A stretch of DNA of 64,000 nucleotides, from the IMG/VR virus record IMGVR_UViG_3300005841_000939. One strand, given 5' to 3'. The DNA is from a virus (Duplodnaviria; Caudoviricetes). Each line of letters begins with the position of its first letter. Within the stretch, counting starts at the first letter, position 1. Both the position numbers and the translations under genes were made by a program. Under the pieces are notes generated by a model, which saw only the letters and a list, made by a program, of their open reading frames with translations, did no database searches and was not told the origin of the DNA. Below, piece by piece: positions 1-8,990 of this stretch.

Positions 1-1980
1 TGCAGCATTTGTACCATTTGCATTTAATCTAGCATCTAACTTTTGACTATTTACGCCTGCACCAGCTATTGCTTGTCTTCCGGCTTCAGTTGATGACATT
101 AATTCTAATTGTGCAGCAGCATCTTTTTGTGTTGCAGCAGCATCATTTGATTTATTAATTGCAGCTTGCACTTTATCCTTATCAGCTTGTGACCAATTCG
201 CAGATAATGTAGGATCTTGACCTGGATTATTTGTTCTAGCATTATTTTCAGCTATTTTTAATTGTTTTGACAATTCAATTTGTGATTGATCTTGGGCAGC
301 AACTGAATTATCAAAATCATTTACAACTTTTCTAGCACTTTCTGGTGTTGCTGGAGGTATTGCAGTGTTGTTTAATTGAGCCTGTCCACTTTCAATATTA
401 TTGATGTCAGATGCATAAACATTTGATGCTTTAGTTATATTATTGCTTGCAGTTTCAGTATTTGCAGAATATGTGTCCAATGCTGCTTGACGATCTATTT
501 GAACTTGTTGTAATTGTATATCTAATGCTTTTTGTTTTTCTGGATCAGTTTGTTGAGCCTTTTGATTTTGTAAATCTGTCGCTTTAGCATTTAAGTCATC
601 CAAAGTTTCATTTCTAGCTAATGTTGCGCTATCAATTATTCCTTGATTTCTCTTCAATTCAATGTCATATTCTTGTTGAGCTTGAATTTTCTTTTGATCC
701 GAAAGACTTTTAATTAACTCATCTTTATTTGGATCAGTTGCATCTACATATCTACCAGCCGCAGAATAATTTCCATTATTTTTATTAACAACAGCACCAG
801 TAACAAGATCAACTGATTGATCGTTTCTTGGTGAATTGTTTGGCATGTTTCTTTGACGAGTTATTTCATTTGTTTCTGCATCAGCATTCGCAACATTATA
901 AGAAACGCCAGTATTATTTGGAATAGGTGCGATTTCAGTTGTTGTGAATGAACCAAAATATGAGGTTGATGGAATTTTGCTATCTTGAAAACCATTCAAT
1001 AAATCATTGAGGATAAGTTTTTGCTTATTCTTTTGATCAAGCATAGCATTCAAAATTGCCAATTGAGTTGGATCAGTTGTTACAGAAATCTGCGTTTGTA
1101 ATGTTATTATTTCATCATTTACTTCTGTCAATTGTGTTGAAAGATTTAAATAACGAGCAGGATCATATGGTAATGATGATCGTGTAATTGGGACATCCGG
1201 GCCTGATGCCTGTAAAGCTAATTCTAAACGACGTTCAGCTAAAGCTTTTTCATCTGGTGTTTTTGCAGTGTAAAATGCATCCAAAACTTTTTTACGCATA
1301 ACAACAGTTGACTCTACATCTAATTGGTTTTTGTAACCAACCTTATGAGTAACATTATCAGTAATTGATTGACGAATTGATGTATCAGTTGGCGATAAAC
1401 TTGGAGTATTATCAGTTGGTGTCAATATAGAATTTTTTGCATTTTCAATTTCTTTATTATGCGCTTCAATTGCTGCTGCGAGAGCTTCACTTTGATCTAG
1501 GTCAAGATTTGCATCATTCAACAAAACAGTTTTTGTTGAATCATTAGGGCCAGTTTGAGTTATTTGATCAACCTTCGCTTGCTTTGTTTGAATATCTGTA
1601 TTGACTTGACCCAACAAAAGATTATTAATACCTTGAATTGCGGTAAATTCAGGAATTGTACCTGTTGGAAGAGTTGCTAAGTAATATTTAACAGTATTTG
1701 GAATTTCAGCTTCATTTTCCCATGGAGTATAAACATTGAGATTTACATCAAAAAGATTTGTTGAATAAAGAAGAGGCTTTGTCAAATTTGCATTTAGGTA
1801 CTTATTAGCAGAATCAACATCTTTTTGAACTAAACGAATTTGATTCTTCAATCCATTACGAATTACTTTACCAGAATCGTTGAAATCATTGTAAGTTGCA
1901 TATTGCTTCTCTAGGTTATATCTTTCTATAACTTTATTAACTGCAAGAATTTGCGCATCTTGTATTGTTAAAAACGCCAT
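1..1980 (-). CDS. Large hypothetical virion/tail-associated protein, at least 660 aa, 3' end runs off the window
   Basis: Not in the ORF track. ATG at 1980-1978 overlaps the TAA of the upstream gene (TAATG). I read the frame open to position 1 (MAFLTIQDAQILAVNKVIERYNLEK...ARLNANGTNAA). N/Q/D/A/T-rich; third gene of the baseplate-hub run. Confidence 0.75.
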   Translation of the reverse strand, partial: MAFLTIQDAQILAVNKVIERYNLEKQYATYNDFNDSGKVIRNGLKNQIRLVQKDVDSANKYLNANLTKPLLYSTNLFDVNLNVYTPWENEAEIPNTVKYYLATLPTGTIPEFTAIQGINNLLLGQVNTDIQTKQAKVDQITQTGPNDSTKTVLLNDANLDLDQSEALAAAIEAHNKEIENAKNSILTPTDNTPSLSPTDTSIRQSITDNVTHKVGYKNQLDVESTVVMRKKVLDAFYTAKTPDEKALAERRLELALQASGPDVPITRSSLPYDPARYLNLSTQLTEVNDEIITLQTQISVTTDPTQLAILNAMLDQKNKQKLILNDLLNGFQDSKIPSTSYFGSFTTTEIAPIPNNTGVSYNVANADAETNEITRQRNMPNNSPRNDQSVDLVTGAVVNKNNGNYSAAGRYVDATDPNKDELIKSLSDQKKIQAQQEYDIELKRNQGIIDSATLARNETLDDLNAKATDLQNQKAQQTDPEKQKALDIQLQQVQIDRQAALDTYSANTETASNNITKASNVYASDINNIESGQAQLNNTAIPPATPESARKVVNDFDNSVAAQDQSQIELSKQLKIAENNARTNNPGQDPTLSANWSQADKDKVQAAINKSNDAAATQKDAAAQLELMSSTEAGRQAIAGAGVNSQKLDARLNANGTNAA

Positions 1981-4709
1981 TACGTAGCTCCTAAAGTACC
2001 ACGCGACAAGTGGTGTAAAGTATATATCTCATATGATTCGGAATAAACATTCTCTTCTATTATATTAGTGATTGATCTTGGCTCTTTTTTATTTGATGCT
2101 TCTAATGCAGTTTGATTTTGTTTTGTAATTGCATCTACGTGCATTCTAATAAATTCTTTACCTTGAACATCTAACGGAAGAATTTTACTTAAATCTTTTG
2201 GAAGAATACCACCAGTTGCCATTTTTTTAGTTTTGTTCATTGATGCTGCACTATTCAATAATTGATCAATAGAATTTGTCAAACGAACGCGAAGATTTTC
2301 ATCATTTATGTTTGTTGTAATTAAGTGATCATAATCAGCATCAATGTATTTCTTTCCAACCAACTTATGACGTTGATCATCGTCTTCAACATATGGAACT
2401 TGAAGCAAATCGGCCAAATCTCGTCTAACTTGTGATTTTACTTGTGCATTACCTGGGAAATTACCATATTCATCAAAATATTGATGCATCATATTACCAA
2501 TTAAATCATCGGTCTTTAATTTACCACCAGGTCCAGAAATTGATGAGAGATTACCTTGATTTAATGTAGATGTTATTCCAGCATTATTTGAAAACTGACC
2601 AGAATCATACACATTACCTAAAGTTTCTTGACCAACAGCAGAAACAGCAGTTAACGCAGCGCCATATGTTATTTTTCTAAGAACACCAATTGGCAAAACA
2701 CGCATCGCAGCTACACCTAAACCACTTATATTTGAAGATAGCTTAGCCAAGCCAATTGCTGTTCTACTATTTGCATCTAAAGGATCAGCATCAAGAAAAT
2801 CTCTGTAAGATGGTGACAATTTCATTTTATCAAGTTCATTTGAAACTGATGCAAGTTGATCAATTGTTGAATCTGAATAATCTTTATCAAATACATATCC
2901 TGCATTTTTTAAACGTGATGCTGTTTCGGTATTGTCTATTACTTTAATATAATCTAATGTACTTTTTATACGGTTTGAAGTCTCATCATTGTATTCAACG
3001 ATTCCACTATTAATTGCACTTAATTGCTCTGTTAACGTTTGAATTGAACTAATACGTTTATTGAATACATCATCACCAACTAAACCTTTTCGTCCAGAAA
3101 TAACATCTGATGCGCCAGAATAAGCTTGCATCTTTGATTCTGATATTGCTTCGCTTGAAATTTTGCCAAAAATAGTTTGTTGCAATTTAGGAAGAATAGT
3201 TTCATCAACTGTTTTCGCAATTGACTCCTTTGACATTCCTTGTTGTTGCATAGAAACGATTTCTCTCTCTAATGCTGCTGTCAATACTTTTTGTTTTTCT
3301 AATTCTAATGTTTTTGAAACCGCATCACCTTGTCCATACATTACAAATCCATATTTTCTCTTCAACGTATTGACAGAGTTTTTCAAAAATGGAAATAAGG
3401 ATGTTGCAGTTACTTCATATCCTAAAAATGAAATTTTAAAGTTTTCTAATTTATTGACAAGCTTTGCTGCTAATGTTTTACCTGGCATTTCTTTTACATA
3501 TTTGACAATAGATGAAAAGACTGAAGCTGAACTATCATACCATTTATCAAATACATCCTTTGTCCATGTATACGCAGACTTTACCCATTTAATGGTGTCA
3601 CCAAGCAATGTACTTGGACCAAACCATTGCGAAAGCATTACTTTCACACGATCAGAAAAATCTGAAAGATATTCTTTTATATTATTTTTTCCAATGTGGA
3701 CATTAATAATCCAATTAAACCCTTCTTTTACACCAGCCCACAACCATTCTGTGAAATCTGCTAACTTATCTGTTGCTTTGTTAAACAAATTTTTCATTGT
3801 TTGATAAATTGGACCCGAAACTAAATCAAATGCTGTTTCAAAAACACGAAACATCGCATACGTTATTCCAACGAAAATTGGAATATTTATAATCCACATT
3901 GAAGGACTAAACAATGTAGTGAAAAGATTTTTGAAATACCATCCAAAGAACGCTTTAGTACCTTTAAGAACCCATGTTCCAGTTGTCTTTAAAGCATCAT
4001 ATGGGAATGAAAGTAATGCTTTTATACCATCGCCAATTAAACTAATAGCTTGCCATCCAGTACCAATTACCCATTTTGCAATTTTTCCAATAGAACCTAC
4101 TGCATTTTTAACAGCAGTCCATGCTGGACCCAAAGAAAAATACATTAATTTATCAGCAATTTTAAATCCAGCTTTAAATGGTCCAAGTAAGAATTTACCC
4201 AAGCATGATGCAATATCAATTATACCTGTCATCAACGATTGTAAACGTGTTGTTGCATAAGATCCAACAGACGAAACAACGCCAGAAATTTTATTTGTAA
4301 ATGAAGAAGCTCTATCAGTTATTGCTTTCCATTTTTCAAGAGATTGTTTTTCTTTTATACCTAATCCAGAAATAGTAAATGGATTGATGGAATCAACTTG
4401 TTTCTTGAGCTTATCAATTAATGTCTTTTTCTTTTTTGGTTTAGGTTTTTCAACTTCTTTTTTCAATTCATCAACATTTTTCAAATTCATTGTTGTGCCT
4501 TGAATAGCCATAAACGTACGAGCCATCAAACCAATTAAATTTTCTTGGAATGCTGATGTTTGTGCATCATCATCAATTTCTTCTTTTAATTCTCTCTCAC
4601 GGATTTTAACATCCGCAATAGTCTTGAGGTCTTTTGTTTTATCAGCGACCATTTTCTTAAACAATAATTTGTTATCTCTATTAGATGATGGAAGATCAAT
4701 GGATGCCAT
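1980..4709 (-). CDS. Tape-measure-like tail protein, paralogue B (909 aa)
   Basis: Downstream of gp26/gp51. Long amphipathic Trp-containing helical region, hydrophobic segment MWIINIPIFVGITYAMF and a MATGG motif near the C-terminus. Shares motifs with 4711..7155. Confidence 0.6.
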   Translation of the reverse strand: MASIDLPSSNRDNKLLFKKMVADKTKDLKTIADVKIRERELKEEIDDDAQTSAFQENLIGLMARTFMAIQGTTMNLKNVDELKKEVEKPKPKKKKTLIDKLKKQVDSINPFTISGLGIKEKQSLEKWKAITDRASSFTNKISGVVSSVGSYATTRLQSLMTGIIDIASCLGKFLLGPFKAGFKIADKLMYFSLGPAWTAVKNAVGSIGKIAKWVIGTGWQAISLIGDGIKALLSFPYDALKTTGTWVLKGTKAFFGWYFKNLFTTLFSPSMWIINIPIFVGITYAMFRVFETAFDLVSGPIYQTMKNLFNKATDKLADFTEWLWAGVKEGFNWIINVHIGKNNIKEYLSDFSDRVKVMLSQWFGPSTLLGDTIKWVKSAYTWTKDVFDKWYDSSASVFSSIVKYVKEMPGKTLAAKLVNKLENFKISFLGYEVTATSLFPFLKNSVNTLKRKYGFVMYGQGDAVSKTLELEKQKVLTAALEREIVSMQQQGMSKESIAKTVDETILPKLQQTIFGKISSEAISESKMQAYSGASDVISGRKGLVGDDVFNKRISSIQTLTEQLSAINSGIVEYNDETSNRIKSTLDYIKVIDNTETASRLKNAGYVFDKDYSDSTIDQLASVSNELDKMKLSPSYRDFLDADPLDANSRTAIGLAKLSSNISGLGVAAMRVLPIGVLRKITYGAALTAVSAVGQETLGNVYDSGQFSNNAGITSTLNQGNLSSISGPGGKLKTDDLIGNMMHQYFDEYGNFPGNAQVKSQVRRDLADLLQVPYVEDDDQRHKLVGKKYIDADYDHLITTNINDENLRVRLTNSIDQLLNSAASMNKTKKMATGGILPKDLSKILPLDVQGKEFIRMHVDAITKQNQTALEASNKKEPRSITNIIEENVYSESYEIYTLHHLSRGTLGAT

Positions 4710-4710
4710 G

Positions 4711-7155
4711 TTAGATTAAACCTAATGACCCTTCTGAAAGATTTTTCATATCATACACTGTAATATCTGCTTTTTGTGCATTTCTTCTAAACATTCTAAT
4801 AATTGGTTCAGTCTTTGATTTTTTATTATCTTTTTCTTCTTCCATTTTTGGCATAGTAGAATTAATAAACTTTATACCTTCCATGTTTAATGGAATTACC
4901 ATTTCTGGAAACCCTGCTTCTGCAATTTGAATATCAACTGGCTTAACTGCAACTAAACCATATTGTGCTTTTGATTTACTTAGTAAGTCATAACTTTTTA
5001 GATTATTAAAATCTACATAATTAGATTTTTTACCATATTGATTCAAAATATTTTTTAAATATTGCGCAGCTTCATCTTCAGAAATTTGTTTATTCAAACC
5101 AGATTTTTCCAAGAAATCTCTGTAAGCTCTTACAAATTCTCCTGGTGTCATAGTTTCAATATTTTTTGCCAATTCATTAATACCATCATTTATTGAATAT
5201 GTTTTACTTATCATCGCTGAAATGATGGCCTCATATTTACCATTAACTTGCATTGCTTTATTTGTAGCTATATTCATTATGTCAGTTTGTGCATCAAATT
5301 GTTTCTTAGCCAATTCTTCAAAACCCTTTTTGGTTGAAGTGAATGATAGGTCACGTAATGCTTTTTGTTGATCTAGGAATGCACTAACACGAACGTCAAA
5401 TCTATTTTTCTTAAATGCATCATCCAATTCAGATGCCAATGCTGATGATGCTTCAATAGTTTGTAAATTTCTATCATTTGCAATACGTTGTAAATCTTCT
5501 AGTTCAACTGAACTCTTCAATAATCGTGTTTTATTTGTTGATAGGTAGTTTTCAACTTCTCCCATACGTAAATGAAGAATTTCATTAACAAGACTATCGG
5601 TATTTACATTGATGTTTGATTTTAAGAATCCTTGTAAATCTGCATCATTTGTAAACGAATCTATGTTTTTCATAAACACATTTTCAATAAACTTATTTGC
5701 AGTTGTTTTCAAATTTACTGAAATATTTTCTTGGTTTGGATTTCCACCATAAACATTGAAAAAATCCTCTGTTAATTTGTTTTTCAAGACTGCTTCAAGC
5801 TGATCATTCATCGCATTTTTTAAACCAATACGAATACGACGCTGAGAATCCTCAAATGAATTCTCTTTTACAACTGTATCCTCACTCAACACCATTGTAC
5901 GAATTATATTGTATGTTAGACTCAATTCTTTGATGATGTCCAAATCTTTTAACTGTTGGAAGAAATCAACCATTTTTTTCCAACTTTTTACAATAAATGT
6001 TTTTACATTTGAAAATAAATTCATTAAATCTTTTGAATCCAATCCAGTCCATTTTCCTATAGTGTCATCATAATAACGTTTTATCTTTGCACCAGTAAAG
6101 AAAGAACCAAAAATTGATTTAATTTTGTCTGTAATAAATTCTACTTTATCTGCTAGGTAGGAATAAAATTTTGTTTGTTTAATACTCTTCACAAAATCAT
6201 CAAATTTTTCTTTTACCCACTTCCATCCAGTTGAGAACACTTTACCAAAGAATGGTTGTATTTTTGGCCACAAATAAATATAAGCCACAGTAGCGCCACC
6301 AGCAAGTAAGAACAAACCAGTTGGACTAGTTAAAAAGAATTTGAATGCATCCCCCATGAATCCCACAACAGTTTTCAATGGAGTAACAACAATATAATTT
6401 AATAAGGTTGATGCAACTTTCCAGCCAAACTTTCCTAAACGCATGAGTTTATCAGCAGCATATTCAACAACGCCAATTACAGCATCCTTAACCCATTTTG
6501 CAATTTCCCAAATACTTCCAACTTTTGAAAGTAATGACCAAACTGTTACACCAGGACCATTTAACCAATTGAAAAATCTACTTCCAGTTTTTTCCCAAAA
6601 AGCACAGAATGAACTGTTAGAAATTGATCTTTTTATTTTTCCAAGGGACACTTCTACAGAAGAACCAAATTTTGTCATCAATGAAAACATATATGTTGTT
6701 TTCTTGATAAGAGTATCAGTTGTTTTTTGAGTTATATTTTTGAATGACTTTGTTGTATCAATTGTCTTAGAAATAATTGACTTAGATATTTCTTTTGTCT
6801 TTGTAGAAATAACTTTAGTTGATTTATTTTGTTCATCAATCTTTTTTGTCAAAGCTTGAGATACATAATTAGCATCAGATTGCATTTTCTGTGAATTTTT
6901 ATCTTCAGCAGCTTTTGCATCACGAATCTTTTTAATAAGGTTTTCGGCCCAAGTATCCATATCATCGCGCTGTTTGACGATAATTTCGGTAGTCTTTACA
7001 GCCTCTGCAAAGTCTTTTTGATCCTTCTTTATTTTATCCCAATTTTTTTGAATAGTATTTTCTGATTCGTATTTTTGACGATACAATGATTCCACTATGG
7101 AAAATGCACCTGAAGTTCCACCAGGTAAAGCTAGTTTGTTATAGGAATCAGCCAT
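4711..7155 (-). CDS. Tape-measure-like tail protein, paralogue A (814 aa), gp29 position
   Basis: Directly follows gp51-like gene. Amphipathic helical repeats, hydrophobic segment GLFLLAGGATVAYIYLW, and C-terminal IAEAGFPEMVIPL of the GEAGPE-x-VIPL type seen in tape-measure proteins. Confidence 0.65.
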   Translation of the reverse strand: MADSYNKLALPGGTSGAFSIVESLYRQKYESENTIQKNWDKIKKDQKDFAEAVKTTEIIVKQRDDMDTWAENLIKKIRDAKAAEDKNSQKMQSDANYVSQALTKKIDEQNKSTKVISTKTKEISKSIISKTIDTTKSFKNITQKTTDTLIKKTTYMFSLMTKFGSSVEVSLGKIKRSISNSSFCAFWEKTGSRFFNWLNGPGVTVWSLLSKVGSIWEIAKWVKDAVIGVVEYAADKLMRLGKFGWKVASTLLNYIVVTPLKTVVGFMGDAFKFFLTSPTGLFLLAGGATVAYIYLWPKIQPFFGKVFSTGWKWVKEKFDDFVKSIKQTKFYSYLADKVEFITDKIKSIFGSFFTGAKIKRYYDDTIGKWTGLDSKDLMNLFSNVKTFIVKSWKKMVDFFQQLKDLDIIKELSLTYNIIRTMVLSEDTVVKENSFEDSQRRIRIGLKNAMNDQLEAVLKNKLTEDFFNVYGGNPNQENISVNLKTTANKFIENVFMKNIDSFTNDADLQGFLKSNINVNTDSLVNEILHLRMGEVENYLSTNKTRLLKSSVELEDLQRIANDRNLQTIEASSALASELDDAFKKNRFDVRVSAFLDQQKALRDLSFTSTKKGFEELAKKQFDAQTDIMNIATNKAMQVNGKYEAIISAMISKTYSINDGINELAKNIETMTPGEFVRAYRDFLEKSGLNKQISEDEAAQYLKNILNQYGKKSNYVDFNNLKSYDLLSKSKAQYGLVAVKPVDIQIAEAGFPEMVIPLNMEGIKFINSTMPKMEEEKDNKKSKTEPIIRMFRRNAQKADITVYDMKNLSEGSLGLI

Positions 7156-7163
7156 ACTTAGGC

Positions 7164-7171
7164 TATTTATA
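7164..7171 (-). promoter_or_regulatory. T4-type late promoter TATAAATA
   Basis: Exact tatttata on plus strand, 8 nt upstream of the ATG at 7155. Confidence 0.75.
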
Positions 7172-7183
7172 TGTTTTTAGTGG

Positions 7184-7438
7184 TTATTTGTGACCACCCA
7201 AATTGCGTAAAGACTTGATTAATGTTTCTAAACCTTTACTTGCAAATTCCATGACAGTCTTGATAAATTCTTGTCTTACACGAATCTTTTCATCGTAATG
7301 TTTACGTAAAGTTGAAAGAATAAAGGGTAATTCATCCGACGACACATCCATTACATCACCATATGTCATGGCACCTTCTGAATAAATTGCGACTTCAAGA
7401 GACTGATTTATGAGTGTTGCAAAATGGTCAGTCGCCAT
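7184..7438 (-). CDS. gp51: Baseplate hub assembly protein, gp51-like
   Basis: Small ORF directly after gp26. MTYGDVMDVSSDELPFILSTLRKHYDE resembles the gp51 pattern YSLTELENM..WER..Y..LL..H.EE. Confidence 0.6.
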   Translation of the reverse strand: MATDHFATLINQSLEVAIYSEGAMTYGDVMDVSSDELPFILSTLRKHYDEKIRVRQEFIKTVMEFASKGLETLIKSLRNLGGHK

Positions 7439-8232
7439 TACATGATAAAAAAACTGACTACATCTCCCTCTTCTTCATCATTCTGATAAACATCAGATTT
7501 GAATGGGAAGCGAATACGAACACCAAAGTCTAATTCTTCTTTGATATATGTGTCAATTGTTTTTATATCATCTTGAGTAAATGAGTTATTTACGAATTCT
7601 AGCTTTTGCAAGAAATCCATTGGAACTTCTTCCCATTCCTTCGTCTCTTCATTCATCAAGAAACCTTGGCGAATAAGGCCAGCATAAATTCCGTATTTTC
7701 TATCTAAGAATGAAAAGTCTTTTCCTTGAGTTTTCATCCATTTTTCCATGGCCTTTTCATCTTTACGAGTAAACGGTCCATAAACAAATTTAACATTTTC
7801 ACTAACTTTAATTTCACGAATAATTGAATCACCTTTATAATAATCAACTTTCAAGGTATCCAAATCAATTTCAATATCTGAAATAACTTTGTGAGAAATT
7901 GGACATTCGTGACTTATTTTAGCTATTGGTCCGGCAGTTAATTTACGAACTTCCAACAACAAAAATCCACGATCTTGTTGACATAAATCATCAACATCAA
8001 AAGGTTTATCATCAACTTTAATAACAGAATTTTGAAGAATTGTATCAAATGCCTCATTAATTAAATATTCGTCACTCTTTTGTAATGCTTTCAACAAATC
8101 TTTATGATCACGAACCTTCATTGGGATAATTAATGCTTTTGCTCCATTTGACGGTAAAGAACAACTTTTTTGAGGAACGTTTGAATTCTTTTCAATTGTA
8201 AGTTTCTTTTTTAAATCTTGAAATGTTGGCAT
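7438..8232 (-). CDS. gp26: Baseplate hub subunit, gp26-like
   Basis: LPSNG....IIPMKVRDHKDLL, DLCQQDRGFLLLEVRKLT and ECP match the T4 gp26 family pattern; synteny fits. Confidence 0.75.
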   Translation of the reverse strand: MPTFQDLKKKLTIEKNSNVPQKSCSLPSNGAKALIIPMKVRDHKDLLKALQKSDEYLINEAFDTILQNSVIKVDDKPFDVDDLCQQDRGFLLLEVRKLTAGPIAKISHECPISHKVISDIEIDLDTLKVDYYKGDSIIREIKVSENVKFVYGPFTRKDEKAMEKWMKTQGKDFSFLDRKYGIYAGLIRQGFLMNEETKEWEEVPMDFLQKLEFVNNSFTQDDIKTIDTYIKEELDFGVRIRFPFKSDVYQNDEEEGDVVSFFIM

Positions 8233-8247
8233 TTAGGATATCCGTAA

Positions 8248-8284
8248 ATAAAAAGTGGATGGGAGCAATTATACTCCCACCCAC
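8248..8284 (-). terminator. Intrinsic terminator after gp19
   Basis: Minus strand GTGGGTGGGAG-loop-CTCCCATCCAC (11-bp stem with one G-U) followed by TTTTT. Confidence 0.7.
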
Positions 8285-8306
8285 CCATTTATATGTGTTA
8301 AACCAA

Positions 8307-8942
8307 TTATTGTGGTTTAAATGGAGTCTGCCAATTGCCACCTGGGGGTGGAACACCACGATCAATTTTAACTGATTGTGTACTACGCACGAACGAATCT
8401 TGTGTAGTTTGTGTACCCATTTGATCAACAAGAACCCAATAATCATAAGCAAATGCAACTTCAAAAGTTTCAACGTTGCCGGTTTGATCATGACCTACTG
8501 AAATATTTCCAACAGTTTTTGGATACATACCAACGAAACCATATTTAGCAACGCGTTCGCCGTTACGTGCCAATTGTGAAACACCAATATTATCACTCTT
8601 ATATGATTGGGAATGCCCAAGCAACATAGTGCCTGCGTCATATGCAATACTTTGCCATTTGAAGAAAAGTCTGCGTAATTCATGCGCTTCATCGCATAAG
8701 AATGTTACTGACCAATCACCATAAGTTGGTGGAGTTGCCAACTTGATATTCATACCTTGGAAAGCAACTGGTACTTCACCCAATGTATAAGGTGGAAGTT
8801 CAGTTGAACGCGCAATTGCGGTCATGGTTGTATCTTGCCCAATTTCTGGAATATGAACTAAGAAAAGATACGGACGTGCTGGATCACCGATAACTTGGCG
8901 AAAGTTATACAAGTTGAATCCATCATTTTTATCTATTGGCAT
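8307..8942 (-). CDS. gp19: Tail tube protein
   Basis: ARPYLFLVHIP, STELPPYTLGEVPVAFQG, YGDWSVTF, GMYPKTVG and VETFEVAFAYDYW are gp19 motifs; follows the sheath gene. Confidence 0.92.
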   Translation of the reverse strand: MPIDKNDGFNLYNFRQVIGDPARPYLFLVHIPEIGQDTTMTAIARSTELPPYTLGEVPVAFQGMNIKLATPPTYGDWSVTFLCDEAHELRRLFFKWQSIAYDAGTMLLGHSQSYKSDNIGVSQLARNGERVAKYGFVGMYPKTVGNISVGHDQTGNVETFEVAFAYDYWVLVDQMGTQTTQDSFVRSTQSVKIDRGVPPPGGNWQTPFKPQ

Positions 8943-8990
8943 TTGGTTGGTCCTCTAAAGTATGTTTATATTTGTTGATCACTTTTTTCA

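Noticed and set aside
3163-3804. 213-aa plus-strand ORF and similar antisense ORFs (3919..4260, 21270..21788, 22302..22664, 44914..45294)
   Set aside because: They lie wholly antisense to well-supported genes and have the Ser/Phe/Leu-rich composition of shadow frames.
8192-8491. 99-aa minus-strand ORF overlapping gp19 and gp26
   Set aside because: It crosses the gp19 terminator in an alternative frame and has no motif.
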